Notes: generated by a model not told the origin, from the sequence alone. 64,000 nucleotides of DNA from a candidate division Kazan bacterium RIFCSPHIGHO2_01_FULL_44_14 (GCA_001771185.1 METB01000001.1:94520-158519); one strand, 5' to 3'; counted from the stretch's first letter, positions 20,362 through 32,945 are shown. Numbers and translations: made by a program.

Positions 20362-21639
20362 ATGAAAAAATACGCTTTTTTGTTAGGATCTCATCCGCTG
20401 ATTAGTTTCCTAGAGATCCTGAATATTTTATCGGTAGAGAAAATCCCCCATGGCTCAATTGAGCGAATGGCAGAGATTCTGATTATCCAACTAAAGACCA
20501 CCGACACAAAAATCAAAAAACTCCAAGAGATACTGGGCGGAACAATTAAAATTATCGAAATCGTGGATGACTACCGAGGCACGATTTTTCAGTTGGACAA
20601 AATCCTGACTCGGGAAAATTTGTTGGCTAATTATTTCTCGCAACATAGTAGCAAAATTAATTTTGGGATTTCGGTCTATACCACCAAATCACTGGTCTAT
20701 GCTGAAATTAATTGGCTCCGGAATTTTGCTTACCAACTGAAACGCCGGTTCAAGGACAAGTACAGCATCCGGTATGTGGATGAGAAAAATTTTGAGTTGT
20801 CCTCGGTGATGGTTGCGAATAATAAATTGGTGGAGACCGGCGCTGAAATCGTCATCATTAAACAGGAAAAAAGTTTCTTGGTCGGCCGAACTCGGACAGT
20901 GCAGGACTTCCGCAGTTATGCCCAGCGAGATATGGAAAAACCCAGTCCGAATCCAAAGTCAGGGATGTTGCCACCTAAGCTGGCCCAGATGATCCTGAAT
21001 CTGTCTCGCGATACTGGGCAAAACCAAGTGTTCGACCCGTTCTGTGGGAGCGGGATTATCCTACAGGAGGCCTTGCTAGTGGGCCTGGAGGTGCTAGGAG
21101 CCGACATTGAGCAAGAAGCCGTTGACGACACGGTCGAGAACCTGGAGTGGTTAATTAAGACCTACAATGCGGCAGCGCCAAAACTGGGCACCGAGAAAAT
21201 CAAAAAAATCAGTATTGCCGGCAAAGTCCGAGTGGCTGATGCGACTCGGTCGCGGTGGGAGAAGGCCAACCAAACCAATACTTTCATTGCCACCGAACCA
21301 TACCTGGGACCACCTCAACGGGGACCAGTATTAATCCATCACGCTAGAGAAATTGCGACCCAATTAGAGACCCTGTATTTGGGATTTTTCACTAACTTGA
21401 AAAAGAATTTCCCCAAGATCAAACGAATCGGAATTGTCTTCCCGATTATCAAAACCAATGAAGGATTGCTGTACTTGAATATTTTAGACAAGGTCAAAGA
21501 CCTCGGTTATATTCGGCGTGATTTTCTGCCAGCCGAGGAAGCCAAGAAAGAGGCGTTAGCAACCCATCGCGGAGGATTACTCTACTCTCGTCCAGACGCG
21601 TTCGTAATTAGAGAATTGTTCGTGTTTGAAAAAAGATAA
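20362..21639 (+). CDS. Trm11/TrmG10-like RNA methyltransferase
   Basis: GMLPPKLA, DPFCGSG, TEPYLG. Confidence 0.8.
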   Translation: MKKYAFLLGSHPLISFLEILNILSVEKIPHGSIERMAEILIIQLKTTDTKIKKLQEILGGTIKIIEIVDDYRGTIFQLDKILTRENLLANYFSQHSSKINFGISVYTTKSLVYAEINWLRNFAYQLKRRFKDKYSIRYVDEKNFELSSVMVANNKLVETGAEIVIIKQEKSFLVGRTRTVQDFRSYAQRDMEKPSPNPKSGMLPPKLAQMILNLSRDTGQNQVFDPFCGSGIILQEALLVGLEVLGADIEQEAVDDTVENLEWLIKTYNAAAPKLGTEKIKKISIAGKVRVADATRSRWEKANQTNTFIATEPYLGPPQRGPVLIHHAREIATQLETLYLGFFTNLKKNFPKIKRIGIVFPIIKTNEGLLYLNILDKVKDLGYIRRDFLPAEEAKKEALATHRGGLLYSRPDAFVIRELFVFEKR

Positions 21640-21919
21640 TGAGCGCTGGGCGACGCTCAACCCGCCGTTACTTTCCTCTTGGGGAAAGTAACCAAAGCCA
21701 TGGCCCTGTTCGCTCGGTCTATGAATAAAGAGCTAAATCTCCTTGGCGTTCTCGCCAAACTCCTCCCCGTGGTCGTCAAACATGCGGCTCCACCCCCGGA
21801 GATTTGGCTATTCATGAACGACCTCGCTCCGAAGGGCCGGTAGAAATATTGCCTGGGAGTGAATTATACAGTAACCTGTGGGTGTCTTGATGTGGCTTGA
21901 AAATTTGGAGGTAATTGTG

Positions 21920-22204
21920 ATGGAAACGGCTGGAACAACTATGCCGTCTGAAGATCTGTCGTGGGATGAGAGATGGGCAATGGGGTTATGGCGCCTTTGC
22001 GAGTGGCTAAACAATGATTTGCCCCTAATCGCCAATCGCTTAATATCCAAAGCCATATCCATTTTGGGATGCTGGCTGGGTGTGGCAATTGGCTTGCTTC
22101 TACGAATCACGGGGGTCAGCTTCACGATAGTAATAATCATAATTTGGGTGGCAACTCTAATTATAGCCATTTCCTTATACCCCCCAGAGGACAACTATTG
22201 CTGA
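21920..22204 (+). CDS. Hypothetical small membrane protein
   Basis: GGAGG RBS before ATG; 2 TM. Confidence 0.45.
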   Translation: METAGTTMPSEDLSWDERWAMGLWRLCEWLNNDLPLIANRLISKAISILGCWLGVAIGLLLRITGVSFTIVIIIIWVATLIIAISLYPPEDNYC

Positions 22205-22274
22205 AATCTTTGTTACTAGTGCTTTGTTTTGAATTTGCGAAACTTCGCGTTCAGAAACCTTGGAGGTGAGTTGA

Positions 22275-22550
22275 GTGAAGAAAGTTTTAGTTTCCCTAGT
22301 GAAGTGGCTGGTGCTAGTTCCCCTTTCCGTTGCCACAATTGCCATAGTCGGTGTTTTTACCGGAATTATGGTCTACCTTGGCGGGAACGCAGTCATCAGC
22401 ATCTGCCAGTACCCGCCACAGTCGATAGACGCCTGGGGATGGGGATTTAGTTTGTCTCTAGCGCTGCTTCTGTTGGCCGGTGCAAGTTATGGCATCTCTA
22501 CGTTCTGCGAGTTTGCGCCAAGGATGGCAGTAAACCTGGAGTCGCTTTGA
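22275..22550 (+). CDS. Hypothetical small membrane protein
   Basis: GGAGGTG RBS; 2 TM. Confidence 0.55.
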   Translation: MKKVLVSLVKWLVLVPLSVATIAIVGVFTGIMVYLGGNAVISICQYPPQSIDAWGWGFSLSLALLLLAGASYGISTFCEFAPRMAVNLESL

Positions 22551-22600
22551 AGCAGTCCTTATTATTAAGTCTCAACCATCGAAATAGGAGGTGATGGGTT

Positions 22601-22885
22601 GTGAGAATGTCTGGCAAGCAAGAAAGCCCTGTTGCAAGAATGGAACGGTTGGCCAAACGGCTTCGACTTTTCTACTGGGTAGCGATCACGTTGCGCAACA
22701 TCATGTTTTGGACGATGCTGATTCGGATAACTAGCCTCGTACTAGTAGTTACCGATCACGCATCCCCAACAACCGTTACGTCATTAGTTCAGCTGAATGT
22801 GTCACACGCCCTTTCCTTCCTAATCATGGCAGGATTGGCTGCCGTGATTAAGCGTACCTTGGGAGACGAATTTACCCCCGGTTAA
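22601..22885 (+). CDS. Hypothetical small membrane protein
   Basis: AGGAGGTG RBS; 2 TM; downstream hairpin. Confidence 0.55.
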   Translation: MRMSGKQESPVARMERLAKRLRLFYWVAITLRNIMFWTMLIRITSLVLVVTDHASPTTVTSLVQLNVSHALSFLIMAGLAAVIKRTLGDEFTPG

Positions 22886-22976
22886 AACCCGGGGGTTTAA
22901 ATTACCCCCCCCTTGACCCCAACCCCCAGATACGCTAATCTGGCAAAGTAGTAATTTGATGCTTCCCCCTATTTTA

Positions 22977-23070
22977 TGGGGTCCCCGAAATGGTCTAATT
23001 CCGATGAACAGAGAAATGAACATTTTGGGGAAGAGGAGAAATCCTTGAGCATCAAAAGCGCCATGTCAGC
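22977..23070 (+). repeat. ~100-bp dispersed repeat (copy 1)
   Basis: CCCCGAAATGGTCTAAT.CCGATGA.CAGAG.AATGAA.ATTTTGGGG..., second copy at 32946. Confidence 0.8.
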
Positions 23071-23108
23071 TTGCCTGACACAAGCGTTAAAGCGAAAGGA
23101 TTTGGACG

Positions 23109-23381
23109 ATGGCTCATGTAAAAGCGGCCGGGACATCTAAAAACCTGAAGGACTCCAAGCCAAAAATGCTCGGGGTCAAAATCTATGGCAACCAATCGGT
23201 AAAGACCGGTGATATTATCATTCGCCAACGCGGTCAGAAATATCGCTCTGGTGAAAATACCCAGATGGGTAAAGACCATACAATTTTCGCGATGAAGCCG
23301 GGCAAGGTGAACTTTAAAGTTCACCGGGTACGCAAAGATGGGATTCGGACGGCGACGGCAATGTTTGTGAGTGTACAATAG
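23109..23381 (+). CDS. rpmA: 50S ribosomal protein L27
   Basis: MAHVKAAG..DS..LGVK..IIIRQRG. Confidence 0.97.
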   Translation: MAHVKAAGTSKNLKDSKPKMLGVKIYGNQSVKTGDIIIRQRGQKYRSGENTQMGKDHTIFAMKPGKVNFKVHRVRKDGIRTATAMFVSVQ

Positions 23382-23390
23382 CCGACTTCC

Positions 23391-23475
23391 CGTCATGCTG
23401 AATTTAATTCAGCATCTACTCTCATAGATCCTGAAACTCCTCGGTTAACTCGGGACATCGCAAGTTCAGGACGAC
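23391..23475. repeat. GTCAT/ATGAC REP-like element
   Basis: CGTCATGCTGAATTTAATTCAGCATCT...AGATCCTGAA...AAGTTCAGGACGAC. Confidence 0.7.
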
Positions 23476-23478
23476 ATT

Positions 23479-25143
23479 TTATTGTACTAGAGCCGTTGGT
23501 CGTTCGCTTCGCTCTAAGCCCTGCAACAGGGAGCTTTCGCGAATGACGGCACCAACAAATTCTCGAAACAGGGGATGCGGACGATTGGGGCGGGATTTAA
23601 ATTCGGGATGAAACTGGACCCCAACAAACCAAGGATGATCTTTGAGTTCTATAATCTCGACCAATTCATTGCTGGGCGAAATACCAGACAACACCATCCC
23701 GAATTTTTCAACATCTTTGCGATATTGATTATTAAATTCGAATCGGTGACGGTGACGCTCTGAAATCGGACTTTTTTGATAAGCATCATATGCTCGGCTG
23801 CCTTTTTTTAGTTCGGCCGGGTAAGCACCGAGCCGCATTGTTCCACCTTTATTCACGACTGTTTTTTGATATTCCATAATGTGAATCACTGGATGCGTGG
23901 TGGCTTCATCAAATTCAGTACTATTGGCGTCAGCCCAGCCCAACACATTGCGAGCAAATTCAATCACGGCAATCTGCATCCCCAAACATAATCCTAAATA
24001 TGGAATCTGATTTTCACGGCAATATTGGGATGCTTTGATCTTGCCTTCAATCCCACGAATCCCGAATCCACCTGGCACGACATAGCCATCGCAACCCCGC
24101 ATAGTTTCCGCCACATTAGTATTGGGGCTACCTAACTCTTCGGCATCAATCCAACGCAGTTTGACATCGACATTATGATACCAACTCGCAGCTCGAAGCG
24201 CTTCAAAAACACAAATATAGGTGTCTTCCATGGTAGTATATTTGGCAACAATGCCGATATTGATTTGTCGCTTGTCTGACTTAATTTTTCCAACCAACTC
24301 TTTCCATTCAGATAAGTTAGGGGACTGGGGGGTCAGTTTCAACTTCTCCTCAATCACTTCGCCTAAGCCATAATTTTCCAGCGTCAACGGAACTTCATAA
24401 ACCGTGTCAGCCGTTTCTAGTGGCACAATATTTTTAATCGGTAAATTACCGGCCCGAGCGATTTTATCCAATCCCGACCGAGAAATGGGATGATCGCTCC
24501 GACAGAAAACAGCGTCAGGAGTAATTCCCAATCCTTGCAAGTCACGAATACTGTATTGAGCCGGACGGGTCTTAACTTCTTTAGTAACACCCAAATAGGG
24601 CAAGAATACTGTATGGCAATACATCACATTGTCTTGACCTAGTTCATTCCGCATTTGGCGGATGGCTTCAAGATAGTGGAATCCTTCGAAATCCCCTACC
24701 GTTCCGCCAACTTCGACTACGGCAATATCAGCATTAACTTTAGTCGCTCCGCTGATAATTAATGATTTCACTTCATCGGTCAGGTGGGGGATTACCTGCA
24801 CTGTTTTTCCCAAGAAATCCCCTCTTCGTTCTCTGGCGATAACATCTGAATACACCCGACCAGTCATAATTGATGAGTCCTGGGTCAGATTTTCATCAAT
24901 GAACCGTTCGTAGTGGCCAAGGTCCAAATCGGTTTCGGCCCCATCATCGGTGACAAAAACTTCACCGTGTTCTCCTGGATTTAAAGTCCCAGCATCATAG
25001 TTGATGTACTGATCCAGCTTCTGCATAAAAATTTTGTATCCGCGGGCCTTTAAGATGTTGCCAATTGAAGCGGCGGCGATGCCTTTACCGAGACCGGATA
25101 GCACTCCCCCGGTGACAAAAATAAATTTAATTTGTTTTTCCAT
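23479..25143 (-). CDS. pyrG: CTP synthase
   Basis: GGVLSGLGKG, GLCLGMQ, QFHPE. Confidence 0.98.
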   Translation of the reverse strand: MEKQIKFIFVTGGVLSGLGKGIAAASIGNILKARGYKIFMQKLDQYINYDAGTLNPGEHGEVFVTDDGAETDLDLGHYERFIDENLTQDSSIMTGRVYSDVIARERRGDFLGKTVQVIPHLTDEVKSLIISGATKVNADIAVVEVGGTVGDFEGFHYLEAIRQMRNELGQDNVMYCHTVFLPYLGVTKEVKTRPAQYSIRDLQGLGITPDAVFCRSDHPISRSGLDKIARAGNLPIKNIVPLETADTVYEVPLTLENYGLGEVIEEKLKLTPQSPNLSEWKELVGKIKSDKRQINIGIVAKYTTMEDTYICVFEALRAASWYHNVDVKLRWIDAEELGSPNTNVAETMRGCDGYVVPGGFGIRGIEGKIKASQYCRENQIPYLGLCLGMQIAVIEFARNVLGWADANSTEFDEATTHPVIHIMEYQKTVVNKGGTMRLGAYPAELKKGSRAYDAYQKSPISERHRHRFEFNNQYRKDVEKFGMVLSGISPSNELVEIIELKDHPWFVGVQFHPEFKSRPNRPHPLFREFVGAVIRESSLLQGLERSERPTALVQ

Positions 25144-25169
25144 AATTCTACTATTCTGAACGCTTCTTC

Positions 25170-25265
25170 GTCATTCTCTGGCTTGACCAGAGAATCCAGA
25201 AAAGAAAATTAAAATCTTTTTCTGTCTGGATCCTCGGGTTCCGTCGGAACGGCCCCGAGGATGAC
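25170..25265. repeat. GTCAT/ATGAC REP-like pair
   Basis: GTCATTCTCTGGCTTGACCAGAGAATCCAGA...CTGGATCCTCGGG...CCCGAGGATGAC. Confidence 0.75.
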
Positions 25266-25274
25266 ATCAGAATG

Positions 25275-26423
25275 TCACTTATAAACGCGTTCAATATATT
25301 CTGGAATCCGAGTAACGATTTCATAATTAATTGTGTCAGCCCAATCGGCAATATCGGTAGCTGTAATTTGTCTGTTCTGGCTTTTACCAATCAATACTAC
25401 CTCGTCCCCTACTTTGGCCCGTGGACGCCGACTAATATCTAAAATTGTCATATTCATACACACCCGACCAACGATGGGCACCCCCGCGCCTTTCAGTAGC
25501 GCAAACCCCATATTGCCAAGCGACCTCGGCAATCCTTCAGCATAACCGACTGGAATAACTCCCAGGGTCATCGCTTGCGGTGCCTGGAAAGTGTGACCAT
25601 AGCCAACATAAGCACCGGCCTTAATTCGTCTAACATGAATCAAGCGGGTCTTGTAGGTTAACGCCGGTCGCAACTTAAAACCGCGTGTCTTCTTGCTCCT
25701 TTTACACCAAAGTTCTACCCCCCGGGACGGCCAAAGACCGTACATTTCTATCCCTATCCTAACACAATTAAATCGACTGTCGGTTAGCATGGTGGTCGCA
25801 GCTGAAGCGGCTAATGAAATGAGCGGAACTTTAATTCCAAGGGTTTCGATTTTATTAATCGCCCGCTCAAAGACCCGAATTTGATCGTTAGTATAACTTT
25901 GATTTAATTCTTCAACACTGGCTAAATGCGAGTACAACCCTTCCAATTCAAAATAGCGCGGACGGGCCACAATGGCCTTGGTGGTTTTAATTAATTCATC
26001 AATCGTCGCAAATCCGAGGCGATTGATGCCAGTATCCAACTTGAGATGAACGATGGCTTTCTTGTTTAAAATATTCGTCAACCGAGCGGTAGTTCGATAC
26101 GACTCGGCATTGTAAATCGACATCGCCACTTTGTTTTTGATTAGGGTTGGAATGTCGTCTTTACTGACCGCTCCCAATACGACAATCGGCTGTAAGACAC
26201 CCTTGCGTCGCAACTCCAGCGCCTCACTAGCAGTTACTACACCCAGATGAGTCGCGCCGGAACGAAGTGCTTGGCGGGAAACTTCAAACAAGCCATGCCC
26301 ATAAGCATTGGCTTTAACTATCGCGATGATTTTTATTCCCGGCTTAAGTAGTCCTTTAATCTGCTTGATGTTGTGATCAATTGCTTTTAAGTCAATCGTC
26401 AACCAGGATAGCGGACTACTCAT
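25275..26423 (-). CDS. alr: Alanine racemase
   Basis: VKANAYGHG, DTGINRLG, GRVCM. Confidence 0.96.
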   Translation of the reverse strand: MSSPLSWLTIDLKAIDHNIKQIKGLLKPGIKIIAIVKANAYGHGLFEVSRQALRSGATHLGVVTASEALELRRKGVLQPIVVLGAVSKDDIPTLIKNKVAMSIYNAESYRTTARLTNILNKKAIVHLKLDTGINRLGFATIDELIKTTKAIVARPRYFELEGLYSHLASVEELNQSYTNDQIRVFERAINKIETLGIKVPLISLAASAATTMLTDSRFNCVRIGIEMYGLWPSRGVELWCKRSKKTRGFKLRPALTYKTRLIHVRRIKAGAYVGYGHTFQAPQAMTLGVIPVGYAEGLPRSLGNMGFALLKGAGVPIVGRVCMNMTILDISRRPRAKVGDEVVLIGKSQNRQITATDIADWADTINYEIVTRIPEYIERVYK

Positions 26424-26586
26424 TTACTACAACTTAATTTAAAACCCAAAGAGAAAACCGACCCAAAACCATTGTATGCCCCCTGAAACATACCTCTCTA
26501 TAGTACTACAAAATTCCCAAGGGGGAGCGGACAGTAGTCAATCCGATCTCTTCCCTTGATTAATTAGATTGGTATTCAGCGTCCCG

Positions 26587-28650
<2,064 letters not shown>

Positions 28651-28738
28651 TCAACAGAGAGATAAGCGGACCGTATAGTATTGGGCCACTTTTCACCTAC
28701 TTTATTATAGCCAAAATCACCTTTGGCTACAAGAGATT

Positions 28739-31024
28739 TTACTCGTCCCTTAGACGGGCCTTATGACGCTCTAGAAGCGTGTTTTCTACTATATCAGCAA
28801 CCCGCTCACGATCTTCTTTAGTGAGCGTACGCAAAGGCGACCTTAACTCAATATGGAAGGCCACACTACGCTGTCCCGAACCGACCGAGGAACGACCACG
28901 ATCCGATGAGTTAAAAATGTCGAATAGTTCAACTTTATCGACTAATGGATCGACTCCCCAAATATCTTTGACTAAATCAGCAATCCTAATGCGATCAGGG
29001 ATGAAGAAAGCCATGTCCATTTTAACAACTGGATATTTTGGTAGTGGGCGATACAGTTTGGTTCGACGCACATGTGAAACTAGCGCACCAACATCGAGCG
29101 TTACAATGGCCTCGGTTCCGTGCTCGGTTAGTTCACTCAAAATTGTTTGATCCAAGACAAGACGTAAGCCACTGACCCCTGTAACCTCCCGCCAAACCAC
29201 TCCACTCACACCCAATTCATCTAACAACATATCAACCAAACCCCGACCAATCCGATAGGCATCTTTTTCTCGAACTCGAATTGCTAATTGTTGGGTTTCA
29301 TTGGGCAACCCTGTTTGGGAGTGAGCAAAAACCGTGCTAAGTTCAAATACTCGAAAATCACTTCGACCAAATTCCAGTTGGGCTAGACCGTTGGTTAATT
29401 CGGTTTTTAAATGAGTTCCTTCACTGCTCAAGGGATTTGCCAGTTCTACCGCCCCGGTTGTGCCCTGGTCAAATGGATGAGTGTAGATTTCAATCAGACC
29501 TAACCTTACTAGCAGTTCCTTTATCCGATTAGACACCAACACAATTTCAGGTATCTGTGGCATCCTCAATTCCATCTTCGGCATCACCGCCGGGACTTGG
29601 TCAGTCCCATAAATCCGGATTATCTCTTCGGCAATGTCGGCCACACCTTCAATATCGGTTCGATAATGAGGGACTTCAATGGTCAAATTCTCATCTGTCA
29701 GCGTGGCGGGTAAGTCCAAGCGATTCAAAATATCTACCATTTCATCAATCGGAACTTCAATCCCGAGCAATTGATTAATCTTGTCTGGACTGACCGTCAA
29801 TGCCCGAGTTATAGGTGGCAATTTTTGATGGACATCAATTAAACCAGCAATGACTTTGCAACCAGGACAAAGTTCTTGAATCAAATTAGTAATCCGCTTT
29901 AAAGCCAGTTCTGGCAAGAAGATATCCAGTCCGCGTTCAAACCGGCCACTGGCATCAGTCCGTAATCCCAACCTCCGAGAAGTGTTGCGGATTGAAACCA
30001 AATCAAAATTAGCGACTTCAATCACAATTGATTGAGTCGCGTCAGTGACTCCACTCCCCTCTCCGCCGATAATTCCAGCGACGGCCAGGGGTTGTTTGGC
30101 GTTGGCAATTACTAACGTTTGATTGTTTAATTTATAATTCGTGCCATCTAATCCGAGTAAGGCCTCCCCTGGTTTGGCCATTCTTACCACAATGTCTTTC
30201 CCACTAATTTTATCGTAATCAAAAGTATGAATTGGGTTACCTAATTCCAACATGACATAGTTGGCAGCATCAACGATATTATTGATTGGCCGAAGTCCAG
30301 AGGACAATAAAACACTTTGCATCCAGTCCGGCGAAGGCCCAACGCTAACTTGTTGAATTACTCGCGCCATATACCTAGGACAAGCCATCGAATCCTGGAC
30401 TGTTACTTGCAAAAAATCATTAACCCGACCACCTGCTTCTTTAACATCAATATTAATCGGCGGAGTAAAATCCTGTTTTAAAACAGTGGTAATTTCCCTG
30501 GCTAGGGATTTATAAGAAATATAGTCCGGCCGATTGGCTAAGATTTTCAAGTCAAGCACACTATCTCCTTCTTCTCCCAGCACTTCACTTAGAGATGTCC
30601 CCGGTGTCCGGTTGGAATCTAAAATCATAATTCCCGAAGCGTCGCCAGTTCGTCCCAATTCGGCCTGACTACACAACATTCCACTAGAGCGTTCACCCCG
30701 AATAACGGCTGACCGAATGGTCGTACCGTCTGGCAAAACTGCACCGATGGTTGCGACTGGGACTTTCTGACCAACAGCGATGTTGTGAGCCCCGCAAACA
30801 ATGTCTAGGACTTCTCCGCCAACATCTACTTTGGTTAGTTGAAGTTTATCGGCGTTAGGGTGTGGCGCAATATTTAAAATTTCACCCACTACAAAATTGG
30901 CCCACTTTCCGCTCGTAGTGATGGACTCAACTTCAGTGATATGCAAATAAATTAAATCGGACAACTCTTGGGGAGAGAGTTTCAGGTCCAACCACGATTT
31001 AAGTAATTGATAAGAAAATTTCAT
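28739..31024 (-). CDS. pheT: Phenylalanine--tRNA ligase beta subunit
   Basis: HPNADKL, NRPD, RFERG, C-terminal anticodon-binding domain. Confidence 0.96.
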   Translation of the reverse strand: MKFSYQLLKSWLDLKLSPQELSDLIYLHITEVESITTSGKWANFVVGEILNIAPHPNADKLQLTKVDVGGEVLDIVCGAHNIAVGQKVPVATIGAVLPDGTTIRSAVIRGERSSGMLCSQAELGRTGDASGIMILDSNRTPGTSLSEVLGEEGDSVLDLKILANRPDYISYKSLAREITTVLKQDFTPPINIDVKEAGGRVNDFLQVTVQDSMACPRYMARVIQQVSVGPSPDWMQSVLLSSGLRPINNIVDAANYVMLELGNPIHTFDYDKISGKDIVVRMAKPGEALLGLDGTNYKLNNQTLVIANAKQPLAVAGIIGGEGSGVTDATQSIVIEVANFDLVSIRNTSRRLGLRTDASGRFERGLDIFLPELALKRITNLIQELCPGCKVIAGLIDVHQKLPPITRALTVSPDKINQLLGIEVPIDEMVDILNRLDLPATLTDENLTIEVPHYRTDIEGVADIAEEIIRIYGTDQVPAVMPKMELRMPQIPEIVLVSNRIKELLVRLGLIEIYTHPFDQGTTGAVELANPLSSEGTHLKTELTNGLAQLEFGRSDFRVFELSTVFAHSQTGLPNETQQLAIRVREKDAYRIGRGLVDMLLDELGVSGVVWREVTGVSGLRLVLDQTILSELTEHGTEAIVTLDVGALVSHVRRTKLYRPLPKYPVVKMDMAFFIPDRIRIADLVKDIWGVDPLVDKVELFDIFNSSDRGRSSVGSGQRSVAFHIELRSPLRTLTKEDRERVADIVENTLLERHKARLRDE

Positions 31025-31041
31025 TGTTTTGTTGATTTGTT

Positions 31042-31462
31042 GTCATCCTGAGTGCTAACGAAGGATCTAGCGAAGCGTCATGACATCTTTCATCAACGGG
31101 TTCACACTTTGTATTAATTTCAACTTTTTCGCACGTGTCCAGCCCTTAATCTTTTTTTCAGCAGTAATAGCTTCCGTTGGACTTGGGAATTCTTGAGACC
31201 AAATTATCTTATATAACCGATACCGACCAGAAAACGACTTTGCATTGTTGGTTTTATGTTCGTAGATACGTCTCTCGGGATTATTTGTAATACCAGTATA
31301 TAAAACATTGTTGTTATAATTCGTAGCAATATAGACATACCATGTTTTGTTCATATGCGACCTACGGTCTAGATTCTTCGCGGAGCATGTCCTGAAGAAC
31401 TGAAGGGCTCAGAATGACGGAAAATAATGGCGGGAATGACGAAGGGTGGCGCGGGAATGACA
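31042..31462. mobile_element. GIY-YIG gene flanked by inverted REP-like repeats, between pheS and pheT
   Basis: Left arm GTCATCCTGAG..CGAAGGATCT (31042-31068); right arm AGATTCTTCG...CTCAGAATGAC (31371-31418). Confidence 0.65.
31067..31354 (-). CDS. GIY-YIG nuclease (UPF0213-like)
   Basis: YVYI..LYTGITNN..RRIYEH..EKKIKGW. Confidence 0.92.
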   Translation of the reverse strand: MNKTWYVYIATNYNNNVLYTGITNNPERRIYEHKTNNAKSFSGRYRLYKIIWSQEFPSPTEAITAEKKIKGWTRAKKLKLIQSVNPLMKDVMTLR

Positions 31463-31467
31463 GTTAA

Positions 31468-32475
31468 TTAAAATTCTTCCAAAAAATCTAAATTGCCTGA
31501 TAAAAACAACCGAATATCATCGATACCATGCTTTAACATCGTGATCCGATCTATCCCCAGACCAAAAGCAAACCCAGAAAATTCGGTTGGATCAATATCA
31601 CCGTTTTTTAGAACAGTTGGATGAACCATTCCACAGCCCATTAGCTCTAGCCAATGCCCTTTAAACCAAATATCAACTTCAAAACTGGGCTCGGTGAATG
31701 GAAAGAAACTCGGTCGGAGTCGGGTTTTAACTTCCGAACCCAAAATGTCCTTAACTATTGTATCGATGACGGCCTTAAGATGAGCCACTGTAATCCCCCG
31801 ATCAATTAACAATCCTTCGAGTTGATAAAAGACCGAACTATGAGTGGCGTCCTCGGCCTCATAACGGAAGGTCCGTCCGGGAGCGATAATCCGAATTGGT
31901 GGCCGGTGCTCTTTCATATACCGAATCTGCACGGGTGAGGTGTGGGTACGAAGAAGGAATTTGGAATTTTGTCCGTCAGCTGACGGATTGAATTTTGAAC
32001 CTACCGACTCTTTCAGCCAGAAGGTGTCCCAAGCATCTCTGGCTGGATGGTTGTCGGGAATATTTAAAAGATTAAAATTATTTTCTTCGGTCTCAACCTC
32101 TGGGCCATCTGCCACCGAGAAACCCAGTCCTCGAAACAGTTTGACTAGTTCATTGGTAGTTTGAGTTAAGGGATGCAACCGGCCTAATGGTGGATGAAGT
32201 CCTGGGATAGTGGGATCAAATAATTCAACTTCGGCTTTAGGTTGTCGCTCGGCCAACTGATTTAACCGTTCGGCCAGTTGCTGTTTGATTTGATTACCCA
32301 ACTGGCCAGCCACTGCTTTCTGTTCGATCGGAAGATCGGCAATTTGACCGAGCAAGTGATTCAGTTCCGATTTACGCCCCAGATATTTGGTCCGCAAAAT
32401 TTCATAATTGGCTGGATTGGCCGACGCAATCTCGGATTGGGCCTGGAGCCATAATTGTTTGAGTTTATCTTCCAT
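31468..32475 (-). CDS. pheS: Phenylalanine--tRNA ligase alpha subunit
   Basis: HPARD, LLRTHTS, FPFTEPS, GFAFGLG. Confidence 0.97.
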   Translation of the reverse strand: MEDKLKQLWLQAQSEIASANPANYEILRTKYLGRKSELNHLLGQIADLPIEQKAVAGQLGNQIKQQLAERLNQLAERQPKAEVELFDPTIPGLHPPLGRLHPLTQTTNELVKLFRGLGFSVADGPEVETEENNFNLLNIPDNHPARDAWDTFWLKESVGSKFNPSADGQNSKFLLRTHTSPVQIRYMKEHRPPIRIIAPGRTFRYEAEDATHSSVFYQLEGLLIDRGITVAHLKAVIDTIVKDILGSEVKTRLRPSFFPFTEPSFEVDIWFKGHWLELMGCGMVHPTVLKNGDIDPTEFSGFAFGLGIDRITMLKHGIDDIRLFLSGNLDFLEEF

Positions 32476-32487
32476 TGAATAACTTTC

Positions 32488-32850
32488 CTATTCTACTTTA
32501 ATCTTAAAATAAACTTCTAGCAGTAAACCAATCACTACAACCATCACGATATTCCACCAAGCCAGGACATTAAGCCACTGGAGAATTAGAACGCCAATAC
32601 CAGCCAAACCTAACAGCGCACCATGACGCAGAGCGGTCCAAAATCGCTTAGCCCCAGTCAACCGAGTGTATAAAGCGTACAAAACTAAGGTGAATCCCCC
32701 AACCATTGTTACCCCCAAACTGATTAGGAACAGAACTAATCCGACATAGCCAACCGTGGTGGGGTCAAAATAAATCAGCACCAAACTCCAGGCAATGATC
32801 GTCAGACCGGTAGTGATGGCTGTACCGATTAAATAACTAGTAACAGGCAT
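32488..32850 (-). CDS. 4-TM membrane protein
   Basis: Hydrophobic segments; LRHG motif. Confidence 0.75.
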   Translation of the reverse strand: MPVTSYLIGTAITTGLTIIAWSLVLIYFDPTTVGYVGLVLFLISLGVTMVGGFTLVLYALYTRLTGAKRFWTALRHGALLGLAGIGVLILQWLNVLAWWNIVMVVVIGLLLEVYFKIKVE

Positions 32851-32945
32851 AACCTAAGTATATCTGAAATCAAAAAAGCCACGCCACTAGCGTGGCTTAT
32901 AATTATCAGATTTACTCTTGAAACTGTGGGCTAGTTCTCTTGATT

